DNA of 24,801 bases from a virus (Duplodnaviria; Caudoviricetes). The stretch lies in the IMG/VR virus record IMGVR_UViG_3300030005_000010, positions 1-24,801 of that record, one strand, 5' to 3'. The position numbers and the translations under genes are program-made. This document shows, one piece after another, positions 1 through 7,478 of the stretch. Position 1 is the stretch's first letter; each line of letters opens with the position of its first letter. Under the pieces are notes generated by a model, which worked only from the letters and a program-made list of their open reading frames with translations, was not told the origin of the DNA and did no database searches.

Positions 1-48
1 AAAGATGCGCTTAAAGAAAAATTAAAGCAGAAAGCGGATGCCATTTAA
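1..48 (+). CDS. 3' end of an unidentified convergent gene (…KDALKEKLKQKADAI*)
   Basis: Open frame from base 1 to TAA at 46-48, helical Lys-rich peptide; too short to identify. Confidence 0.4.
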   Translation, partial: KDALKEKLKQKADAI

Positions 49-105
49 ATCGGCCCTCGCGTTCCGCGCTCCACTTCGTTACGCGACTCCACTGGGGGGT
101 CGCGC

Positions 106-696
106 TCATCCATGATCGCTTCCAATGGCGACGGTATGCGCCGGTTTATAGCGGTTAATCAGGCATTCGAGCAATTGATTGCCCCAGGCGGCCAACGCTT
201 CATTCACGCCGCCGGATATTCTGAACCAGGCGACCGTCGTTGTCGGCGCATTGACCTGCCAGGCGAAATACCAATCAGGCCCATAAATGGAATCGGCTAC
301 CGTCATGCCGACGTTAAACGGATTGAATTCGGTGATGGTGATGCTAAAACCGGCTGCCAACGCTAAAGCGATAAAATAAGCCCGTGACTGGCCGCCGATA
401 CTGATCATCTGCGAGACCAGCGCATCATGGCGCTGCTGCACCGTTTGCTCAATGCCATACATGCACGCGGTCGGCAGGCCAAAGATGCGCTCATAATCGG
501 TCAGCAATTCATACGTAACGCGCGGGTCCGCTTCCTCAATCAGCACATCAGCACGCGCCTGAACACGGGCAAATTCCTGCGCCCAGGCGTTAAGCTGCAA
601 CGTCAGCGTGGCGGCATCATCATCCGTTGACCAGGCAGGGCCCGGCGGCAACAACGCGGCTAATTGCCGGGCGTAATCATCCGCACTCAGGTCCAT
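106..696 (-). CDS. Baseplate wedge protein, Mu gp48/YmfQ (DUF2313) family; extreme C-terminus possibly replaced
   Basis: Motifs LxxLLPPGPAW, EADPRxTxELLxDYERxxGLP, GGQSRAYF, LECLINRYKPAHT; directly follows the baseplate J gene. Confidence 0.92.
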   Translation of the reverse strand: MDLSADDYARQLAALLPPGPAWSTDDDAATLTLQLNAWAQEFARVQARADVLIEEADPRVTYELLTDYERIFGLPTACMYGIEQTVQQRHDALVSQMISIGGQSRAYFIALALAAGFSITITEFNPFNVGMTVADSIYGPDWYFAWQVNAPTTTVAWFRISGGVNEALAAWGNQLLECLINRYKPAHTVAIGSDHG

Positions 697-1736
697 GTGA
701 TGGTTCCCATGACGCTAATAGCGCCGGTTACATTAGTTACATTGGCTGCGGGCGTCGTCAGAACGTGATCAAACTCATCGGTTGCAATACTGATAGCCTC
801 GCGAATATGACTTAAATAAATCGTGCCTCCCGGTACGGCTTCCCGTTTTATCAAGTCGGTTAATTCCTGAGTAATGGCCGCTTTTACAGTCGTATTCGAT
901 GGAGATAAGGCGTTGATTGTAAAATTCAGCGGCACGGCAACGGGAGCCGCCACGGTAACGGCCGCTGTTACCGGCCGAAGCGGGTCAATGTAAGCGGCAA
1001 CCACGGCGACATCGCCGGATAGAGGAATGCCATCCGAATAATTATCATCCATCATAAAGCGCACGGTCACCGCGCCAATGCCCAATTCCTGTGGATAAAC
1101 CCAGGCACGCGTCACGCCAGGCACAGCTAGCGCCCAGGCTTCATAATCCGCCCGGTCGCCGCCTTGGGGCGGTTGTTTGATACGAAGCAACAGGCGATAA
1201 CGCAAACTGTCATCGGTTTCAATATCGTTGCCGCCGGTCATTGCTCCAGCTAAAGCGCCTGAATTAACGCCGGAAACCGGCGCTTGTAGCGTAAAAGTCT
1301 GTCCGGTTAACCGGTTGCCTGCCAGACCTGGAATAACGGCGTTAACCGTTGCCCAGACGATTCCAGCGGAAATAGTTGCATCAGCAGCGGTCGCAAACAA
1401 TTGGCCGTCGTATGCTGCCAACTGAGTGCCGGCCGTAATAACGATGCCGTTGGTTCCGGTAAACTTCACCTGTCCGGTGGCCACCGTCGCCTGTTTCCGA
1501 GTTATCCCCCAAATACTGGCCCAGCGTTCGAGCATATCACCGTCAGCCGTGTCGTAAATGAGTTGACGTGACAGCCAGTCCAGATAGCCGTACAGTCCGT
1601 GCGCCGTACCGGACATCGCGCGGGCGTATACTTCGCCGTCCGAACGCCTGAGTAGGTCAGGGTTTGGCAGGCGTGAGACAATATCATCGCGGGTGCGGTT
1701 GATAAGTTCAGGTAACAGCGGGCGGCTAAACGGCAT
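687..1736 (-). CDS. Baseplate J / Mu gp47 family protein
   Basis: MPFSRPxLxEL start (ATG at 1736 preferred over 1760), GITRKxATxAxG, ETDDSLRxRLL, PPQGGxxxDYExWALxVPGVTRAW; synteny. Confidence 0.95.
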   Translation of the reverse strand: MPFSRPLLPELINRTRDDIVSRLPNPDLLRRSDGEVYARAMSGTAHGLYGYLDWLSRQLIYDTADGDMLERWASIWGITRKQATVATGQVKFTGTNGIVITAGTQLAAYDGQLFATAADATISAGIVWATVNAVIPGLAGNRLTGQTFTLQAPVSGVNSGALAGAMTGGNDIETDDSLRYRLLLRIKQPPQGGDRADYEAWALAVPGVTRAWVYPQELGIGAVTVRFMMDDNYSDGIPLSGDVAVVAAYIDPLRPVTAAVTVAAPVAVPLNFTINALSPSNTTVKAAITQELTDLIKREAVPGGTIYLSHIREAISIATDEFDHVLTTPAANVTNVTGAISVMGTITWT

Positions 1737-2163
1737 TGAATATATCCCAAACGTTTGCAAAACGGACAGTGAGCGACGATTGATCGCCCCGTATTATTTT
1801 AATACCCAGGGCCAGCATAAATAAATCCTGCCGTTCAGACTGCACCTGAACAGATGCTGCAACGCCGTCATCGATGAGCCATTGCAAAGCTTCCTCGGCA
1901 TATTCCTTGGCGCGTAAAACCGTTTCTGTGGTCAGTTTTGCACGGGACAGAAGCCATAAACGTGAGCCAATACGGTCGTTATCGATTTGCGGATAGGTGT
2001 CACCCCACCAACCGTATTTGTTGGTACTCGGAAGATCATCATCCGGATTAGCACGACGCCAGGTGAACAGGGAAATAATCACTGCCCTGGCTAATGCGTC
2101 AGTGACATCGGAAACCGCAGTGGTAATGCCATCGACCACCAGTATTAACGGCTGTCCGCTCAT
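1726..2163 (-). CDS. Mu gp46 family baseplate protein
   Basis: LARAVIISLFTWRRA, GWWGD, IGSRLWLLxRxK, AKEYAEEALQWLIDDG. Confidence 0.95.
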   Translation of the reverse strand: MSGQPLILVVDGITTAVSDVTDALARAVIISLFTWRRANPDDDLPSTNKYGWWGDTYPQIDNDRIGSRLWLLSRAKLTTETVLRAKEYAEEALQWLIDDGVAASVQVQSERQDLFMLALGIKIIRGDQSSLTVRFANVWDIFNAV

Positions 2164-2666
2164 GCCGGAACGTCCGTTTGTCCTGAACCGATAGAACCGC
2201 CGTTATGCTTATGGCCTTTCAGGCTGATCGTATCGGCCTTGACATCGCCGCCGGTGATTTGCAGCAAAGGCGTAGTCATTTCAACTTTTGTCGTGGCATT
2301 AATCGTCAAGGTTTGCGTGGTCATTTGAATCACATGCCCGTTTTTCAGGATAATGGAATCGCCTTCATGCGTATAAATCGCCACTTCGCCCGGTAATAAC
2401 GCCTGCACACGGTAGCGACGGTCAGACGCGGCGATAATAACGCCGTGCGAACGGTCGCCATCGATGAACGCCGCCAGAACTTCAGCGCCCGGCAAGGGAT
2501 GGCTAGTATAACCATAGGGTTCCAGATGCTCAACCGCATCTTTTGATTCATTGGCCAACAGTGAAACCTGCAAGGTTTGCAGTTTACCGGCGGCATTGGT
2601 CAGCGTGACCGCGCCGCGTGACAGCATATTACTAATACTGCTGGATAGGGTTTTAGATAAACTCAT
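2160..2666 (-). CDS. Baseplate spike, Mu gp45 / gpV family
   Basis: EHLEPYGYTSHPLPGAE, GDRSHGV, DRRYR, GEVAIY; C-terminal metal-binding HxH (SLKGHKH). Confidence 0.95.
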   Translation of the reverse strand: MSLSKTLSSSISNMLSRGAVTLTNAAGKLQTLQVSLLANESKDAVEHLEPYGYTSHPLPGAEVLAAFIDGDRSHGVIIAASDRRYRVQALLPGEVAIYTHEGDSIILKNGHVIQMTTQTLTINATTKVEMTTPLLQITGGDVKADTISLKGHKHNGGSIGSGQTDVPA

Positions 2667-3769
2667 TCGTCAAGCCACGATGGCTCTGTACTTCGTTTTA
2701 CTGTTTTACGCTTAACCGCCTTGGCCTGCTTTTCCGGTTCGGTCATAAACGCCGCCGCCGGAATACATACTAGCTCGGCAATCATGCCGCTTTCGTCCAG
2801 CGTCAAAATCACTTCAGAAATAAGCAAGGCGCTATTAACCCCCATCACCACATCTTTGATGTTGACGGTGATATTGGGTCGCCATAGCGAGCCGTCCCCT
2901 TGCCGCCAACCGGCGACACGGTAACGGATTTCCCCGGCTTTTGCCAACCGGACTTGCTGCTCATAGGTCGCCCGTTGCTGACAGGTATTGGCGTCTGCCT
3001 GGCCGGCTTGCCTGACCACCAAAACGCGGCGGCGTTGAAGGCTGCCATCGCTTGCACTACCTTGGGCCTGCGACATCTGGGCCGAAGAGGCGTCGGTCCA
3101 GTCGTTATCTATTCCGTGTTTGCTAGCCTGGCCCTTAACCGAATAGTGGCTATACACATCGGTATAATCAAAACCCGCCGACCCCGTTAAAATATTGACG
3201 CCTAACTCCAACCCGCTGAACGCATGACCGCCGCTGCCGGGTGAGGCCAATACGACATCGCCTGCCGCATTGTCGGTAATTAATATTTGCCGCTGTTTGC
3301 CGAGCCGGTCCAGCGACTCGAACGCGGTTTCGCCTTGCTGGATCTGATGATCGCTTATTACCGCGCCGGTGTCTGTTTCGTTGATGACGTTTAGGCCGTA
3401 TTGTCCGGCCAGTTTTTGCGCGATAACTTCGGCTTTCAAGCCCTTAAATTGCCCGGTTTCATTATCCGCCGAGCAATCAACCAGATCGGCGGTTTTGCTG
3501 CGTCCACGAATTATAATTGAAACGCTGTTGGCGTCGTAATCAATCGGCGTCGCATCCACATAACCGGTGCAGACCAGATCACCGCCGATGCGCACCTCGC
3601 ACAAATCTCCAGGCTTGATCCGGCGCACCTTCTCCACGCTGCCAGGCCATTGATCGGTTACGGAAAGTTCGAAGCTGCGGCATTGTCGCTCGACGCCTGC
3701 CTCAATGCGCACAGATTTCCAGCCTTGAAAATCCAGGCCGTTGACGCTGAGTGTGACAAGTTCGGTCAT
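2663..3769 (-). CDS. Baseplate hub, Mu gpP/gp44 family
   Basis: VxLxVNG..GWKSVRI, TGYVD, GRSKTADLVDCSA, GETAF, GWRQGDGSLWRPN. Confidence 0.95.
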   Translation of the reverse strand: MTELVTLSVNGLDFQGWKSVRIEAGVERQCRSFELSVTDQWPGSVEKVRRIKPGDLCEVRIGGDLVCTGYVDATPIDYDANSVSIIIRGRSKTADLVDCSADNETGQFKGLKAEVIAQKLAGQYGLNVINETDTGAVISDHQIQQGETAFESLDRLGKQRQILITDNAAGDVVLASPGSGGHAFSGLELGVNILTGSAGFDYTDVYSHYSVKGQASKHGIDNDWTDASSAQMSQAQGSASDGSLQRRRVLVVRQAGQADANTCQQRATYEQQVRLAKAGEIRYRVAGWRQGDGSLWRPNITVNIKDVVMGVNSALLISEVILTLDESGMIAELVCIPAAAFMTEPEKQAKAVKRKTVKRSTEPSWLDE

Positions 3770-3774
3770 TTATT

Positions 3775-3948
3775 TTATTCGTCAACAAATTTCAAGTGTT
3801 TTTTGTAGAAATCTTTTTCGACGTATGATTTATCGGATTGATAAAAAATATCTATTAATTTCTTAAAAATATCAAGTTCCTCTGGTTGAGTTAAAGTTTT
3901 AAATTCTATTGTCTCGGTAAAATATTCTGTATCAATTGTAACTTTCAC
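3775..3948 (-). CDS. Small hypothetical protein, 57 aa (not in ORF track)
   Basis: GTG start overlaps the upstream TGA (GTGA). Reads MKVTIDTEYFTETIEFKTLTQPEELDIFKKLIDIFYQSDKSYVEKDFYKKHLKFVDE* and fills the gap to gp44. Confidence 0.65.
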   Translation of the reverse strand: MKVTIDTEYFTETIEFKTLTQPEELDIFKKLIDIFYQSDKSYVEKDFYKKHLKFVDE

Positions 3949-4202
3949 TTTTTAGCTTCCCCATGTATTTCATTAATTTCATCCTTGAGCATCTTTACTT
4001 CTTTTACAAAATTCACATTGAGTGCTTTTATGCTTTCCAATTCTTTGTGTAAATTGAATATCTCGTCCCGTAATTCATTCCAAGCATATTCAGAATGCGG
4101 ATTTTTCTTCTTTTCCTCGATGAAAAAATCACAAAGCCGGGTGAGGCTAACCAATCTATCACCCGTGCGTCTGTCATTGTTTCGTTCTTTAAATTCCGTC
4201 AC
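3945..4202 (-). CDS. Hypothetical coiled-coil protein
   Basis: GTGA coupling at both ends; heptad-like C-terminal half; AT-rich. Confidence 0.65.
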   Translation of the reverse strand: MTEFKERNNDRRTGDRLVSLTRLCDFFIEEKKKNPHSEYAWNELRDEIFNLHKELESIKALNVNFVKEVKMLKDEINEIHGEAKK

Positions 4203-4411
4203 GGATACCCATGCCTAAAAAATGGCCCCTGCCCGTCCAGTATTCCAAAACAAGACAATGCGTAGAGCAAAATCAGCAAGCCCACCAAAATCCGTATCAG
4301 GGCAATAATCTTTGGGGGGAGCGGTAGAAACTGGGCAAACACGTATTCTAAAACAAATAAAATTATGAGGGCCACAATCGCGTAAATGATGACTCCGATA
4401 AGACAAGACAC
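4199..4411 (-). CDS. Small two-TM membrane protein
   Basis: Two hydrophobic helices separated by LPLPPKI; begins 2 nt after the upstream stop. Confidence 0.7.
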   Translation of the reverse strand: MSCLIGVIIYAIVALIILFVLEYVFAQFLPLPPKIIALIRILVGLLILLYALSCFGILDGQGPFFRHGYP

Positions 4412-4413
4412 AG

Positions 4414-4596
4414 CTATATCCTAGTAGTTGGTTTAGTTTCCCTGAACAGGTGCGTTAACCAGTTTTCTTTATGCGCCTCCAGCTCAAGCGCGTCTTCTTC
4501 CGCCTGTTTTTGCAACTCGTCAAAATGATCACGCTCCGCAAGAACATCTTCCGAAAACTGATACAGCGCGTCTTTTAGATATTTAGGTATTTCCAT
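4414..4596 (-). CDS. Hypothetical acidic protein, ~60 aa
   Basis: ATG at 4596 preceded by AAGGA. The ORF-track start at 4656 lies inside a hairpin. Confidence 0.6.
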   Translation of the reverse strand: MEIPKYLKDALYQFSEDVLAERDHFDELQKQAEEDALELEAHKENWLTHLFRETKPTTRI

Positions 4597-4623
4597 TTCA
4601 ATTTCCTTACAAAATTTGTTGAT

Positions 4624-4660
4624 AAAAACCTGTTGCGGTGCAGTTAGAAACCACAACAGG
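4624..4660 (-). terminator. Putative intrinsic terminator
   Basis: Minus strand CCTGTTGTGGT-10 nt-ACCGCAACAGG followed by TTTTTAT. Confidence 0.55.
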
Positions 4661-4697
4661 AAACTAGCAGGTACTGATCTGTTTGTTTTTTAGGGGA

Positions 4698-4752
4698 TGC
4701 ACCGGCAACCTTGGGTATAAGGGTTCGGCGATGGATTAACCTAGCCGGTGCA
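4698..4752 (-). ncRNA. c4-like (c4-2-type) three-way-junction phage RNA, copy 2
   Basis: TGCACCGGC-TAGG…CCGAA-C-CCTT(ATACCC)AAGG-TT-GCCGGTGCA; same layout as 17529-17580. Confidence 0.55.
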
Positions 4753-4765
4753 AAACTTTTGCGGC

Positions 4766-4793
4766 GTAGAGACGCAAAATCTTGCGTCTCTAC
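4766..4793. repeat. GTAG-type REP palindrome, copy 1
   Basis: GTAGAGACGCAA-AATC-TTGCGTCTCTAC. Confidence 0.92.
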
Positions 4794-4807
4794 GTGAGCA
4801 ACATCGG

Positions 4808-5161
4808 CTAAACGATTGAATCCGGTATGATTGCGTCGATTGCATTAACTGCATCCTGAACAGCCACAACAGAAGCGGCTTGTTCGTCAGTCAATTCAAC
4901 AGCGGCTAATTGTTCGGTTAATTTATCAATCGCCGTTTGTAATTCAGCTAATTTTGTGATGATTTCCTGATCAATTTTGGTGAGTTGGTCTTTGATCGAA
5001 TTATTAATTGTGAGCAGTTCTTCTAATTTCATGATTATTTCTCTCTCTAGGTGGGTTATAAGATACTTCGGTTCTTCTTTTTTGTCTTCATTTCTTTCAT
5101 GATGTTTCATTAATAAAGCCTTGATTATATTAATTAATTTATTAATCAAAGTTATGTCCAC
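4808..5161 (-). CDS. Hypothetical phage coiled-coil protein (true start may be the internal MKLEELL at 5032)
   Basis: Amphipathic heptads ending in IDAIIPD; co-oriented and overlapping the upstream ORF. Confidence 0.65.
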   Translation of the reverse strand: MDITLINKLINIIKALLMKHHERNEDKKEEPKYLITHLEREIIMKLEELLTINNSIKDQLTKIDQEIITKLAELQTAIDKLTEQLAAVELTDEQAASVVAVQDAVNAIDAIIPDSIV

Positions 5162-5546
5162 GGTATAACAATTTAGGTTGGCAGAACAGAATCACATTTT
5201 TTGCGTGACCCCCATACTCAAAATTCTTTCGGTTTTTTCCGGTCCGAATGTTCCAAACATCGCCTTTAACAACGTCATTCGTCGTGGCCGCTGCCCTGTC
5301 TGCATAGTGTTGTAGGCGTTTTTCGGGGTCCTGATAGCCCTTATGTTTTACCGGGTTGGTTTTGACCCAGGCCTCAAAAATAGCGCGGTCATAACCCATA
5401 TTAGGCCTGCTGGTTTTGTCGTTATGGATTCTAACGGCAGGGGTTGGGATCAGCCCTTTCTTTTCCATGTTCCACAGCGACTTTACGCCCACGCCAAGCA
5501 GGTTTGCGCCTTCTAAGCGGGTGATGTAATGTATCAAGTCGCTCAT
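5142..5546 (-). CDS. Putative excisionase/MerR-like helix-turn-helix protein
   Basis: YITRLEGANLLGVGVKSLWNMEKKGLIPTP…YDRAIFEAWV fits a Xis/AlpA-type winged HTH. ATG at 5546 overlaps a TGA (ATGA). Confidence 0.65.
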   Translation of the reverse strand: MSDLIHYITRLEGANLLGVGVKSLWNMEKKGLIPTPAVRIHNDKTSRPNMGYDRAIFEAWVKTNPVKHKGYQDPEKRLQHYADRAAATTNDVVKGDVWNIRTGKNRKNFEYGGHAKNVILFCQPKLLYRGHNFD

Positions 5547-5629
5547 AGCCACCACGCAAAAATCAACAGCAAAATCAAAATAACCCAGATCATCCATTCG
5601 TCAACGGTATCAAGTATTTTCAGGATCAT
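5543..5629 (-). CDS. Putative 28-aa single-TM micropeptide (not in ORF track)
   Basis: MILKILDTVDEWMIWVILILLLIFAWWL*; overlaps the upstream ORF end and is ATGA-coupled to the HTH gene. Confidence 0.5.
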   Translation of the reverse strand: MILKILDTVDEWMIWVILILLLIFAWWL

Positions 5630-5852
5630 GTGAATTTTTTTTACAACTTTTTTTTAAGTCATGTATTTCAATATGTTCGACGATCAATTTAAACACTTTT
5701 CCCGATAAAAAATTCAGTAAATCAGGGTAATTATGATGAATAATATGCACCTCGACGATTTTTACCTTGTCATTTTCAAAACGCCAATCGACAATCAAAT
5801 CCAGGTTGTAAAGCGCCATTTTGTGCTTATGTACAATTGAATCCGGTTTCAT
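5610..5852 (-). CDS. Hypothetical protein
   Basis: 80-aa ORF in a very AT-rich, co-oriented stretch. Confidence 0.6.
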   Translation of the reverse strand: MKPDSIVHKHKMALYNLDLIVDWRFENDKVKIVEVHIIHHNYPDLLNFLSGKVFKLIVEHIEIHDLKKSCKKNSHDPENT

Positions 5853-5890
5853 GTCTATTTTTTAGAAAGTATCTAAATATGTTGTATATG

Positions 5891-6076
5891 TTATTGATAC
5901 TTATCATTATTCTCAACATCATCAAAGCGCCGGTTTCTGTCATTGCCCTTTGATTGGTGCTGAATTCGTTTGTCTTCGCAATCGGCGCAAATATAATTAC
6001 CCTGGCGTGGGGTATGAATTTTTGAATCTTTGTGAGCCCAGTGTTGCCCATACCGGCAGTAAAAATCATTGCTCAT
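5891..6076 (-). CDS. Small putative Zn-binding protein
   Basis: ATGA overlap with the gpN stop; C-x3-QH…CADC motif. Confidence 0.55.
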   Translation of the reverse strand: MSNDFYCRYGQHWAHKDSKIHTPRQGNYICADCEDKRIQHQSKGNDRNRRFDDVENNDKYQ

Positions 6077-7386
6077 GCGCTCAACACCTTCAAAGGCGCA
6101 ACCGGCACAAAGCCCGGATGCCTGATTTTATTGCGCTGGGTGATTTCAGCATCGCGTCCAGCGTTTTCGTAATAATCGTAAGCGGTCACCAGCATGGGCA
6201 ACACATCGGGCGGCGTGACCGTGTTCAGGCGGGCGCTGTTGCGCGAGCGTTCGGTCAAGTCACGGTGCATCGCCGCGCGGGCTTCCATCAACGCTTGGTA
6301 GAGCTCATCGTCGTCAGCAACCTGCGTCTCGGCATCCAGCGCCGCTGCCAGTTCATTTTTAACCGCTAAAACATCATCGTAAATCGAACAATCCAGATAG
6401 CTGGACAGTCCGACCGCCTGCACCAGCAACAATTGCCGGGTATTCGCCAGGATTGCCGACTCATTGGCGTTAACTTGCGCGGCGGTCGCCGTGGTATACG
6501 TTCGCGTTGCCGGTTGCGCCAGGATCGGATCAACCGCCATGCGCGTTAACCCTCGCACAATCGGCATCATCAGGGTATCGTTTGCCGCTGCCGTAGTACC
6601 GCTGGCCAGTCCGAAAGTTGACAGACTGACTGTGCTACCGGTAGCCAATCCCAAGGCCGATACACCGACGATTCCGGTTAATGCGCCCGTTCTTGCCTTG
6701 CCAGACAAATTCAGCAACCCGGCAAAATTCCAGCCCAGATTAATCGGCATCCCGAACAACGCGGACAGGCTGCCCAGATTGCCCAACAAATCGCCGAAGC
6801 CGAGCAGACTGGCCAGGGCGAAAATAGGGTTGGACAAAAACGACAGCACTTTCCCATAAAGCGTCAGCGCCTTAACCGCCAGAGCGTTAATCTTGCCGAG
6901 CACGGCGAAAACTTTGGCGAAGCGGCTGACGCTGACTTTCTCAAGTTTAGCGGCGGCCTTGCGTGATAATGCGGCTGTGGAGGCAGCCGATGAGGGAAAC
7001 GCAAGCTCGCCTGACTCAACAAATGACAGGCTGAATAGTGCGTGACCCAACCCTCTGTCAAACACCACCCGACAGGTCAACACATTAACTTTCAGCGTTC
7101 CGAACCAGGGATGAATCAATGCGCCTGAACCGTATTCTTCCAGTGCGCCCAATAAGGCATTGGCTTTCTCGACGTAATCTTCGCCGATAACAAAGGCGTC
7201 AAACTCGATGTGGCGCGTGGCGCGGCCCATATCCTGGGAATAGGGCTTATCCCGTTGCGGATATTCGTGGACCTGGGTTCGCCGCCCGGTTTCAAATTCC
7301 GTGCCGTCAACTAGAAACGGAACTTTACGGAAGGAAGCGGGACGAAGTTTCTCGTATAACTGCTGTTTTTTTGCGGGTTCGGCCAT
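6073..7386 (-). CDS. DNA circularisation protein, Mu gpN family
   Basis: LRPASFRKVPF, GRRTQVHEYPQRD, GxLIHPWFG, FVESG; C-terminal RNKIRHPGFVP. The ORF-track start (7413) lies in the REP, so ATG 7386 is preferred. Confidence 0.95.
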   Translation of the reverse strand: MAEPAKKQQLYEKLRPASFRKVPFLVDGTEFETGRRTQVHEYPQRDKPYSQDMGRATRHIEFDAFVIGEDYVEKANALLGALEEYGSGALIHPWFGTLKVNVLTCRVVFDRGLGHALFSLSFVESGELAFPSSAASTAALSRKAAAKLEKVSVSRFAKVFAVLGKINALAVKALTLYGKVLSFLSNPIFALASLLGFGDLLGNLGSLSALFGMPINLGWNFAGLLNLSGKARTGALTGIVGVSALGLATGSTVSLSTFGLASGTTAAANDTLMMPIVRGLTRMAVDPILAQPATRTYTTATAAQVNANESAILANTRQLLLVQAVGLSSYLDCSIYDDVLAVKNELAAALDAETQVADDDELYQALMEARAAMHRDLTERSRNSARLNTVTPPDVLPMLVTAYDYYENAGRDAEITQRNKIRHPGFVPVAPLKVLSA

Positions 7387-7401
7387 GTTTTTATGCGGAT
7401 T

Positions 7402-7429
7402 GTAGAGACGCAAAATCTTGCGTCTCTAC
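7402..7429. repeat. GTAG-type REP palindrome, copy 2
   Basis: GTAGAGACGCAA-AATC-TTGCGTCTCTAC. Confidence 0.92.
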
Positions 7430-7478
7430 GTATGTATTTACGTGAGATTAATTTGGTAACACTATGTTTTTTTTGTCT

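Noticed and set aside
4698-4752. tRNA
   Set aside because: Only ~55 nt with three stems; no T-loop consensus, anticodon arm or CCA.
5827-6069. 80-aa alternative ORF
   Set aside because: The overlapping frame 5891-6076 has ATGA coupling and a CxxC motif and is preferred.
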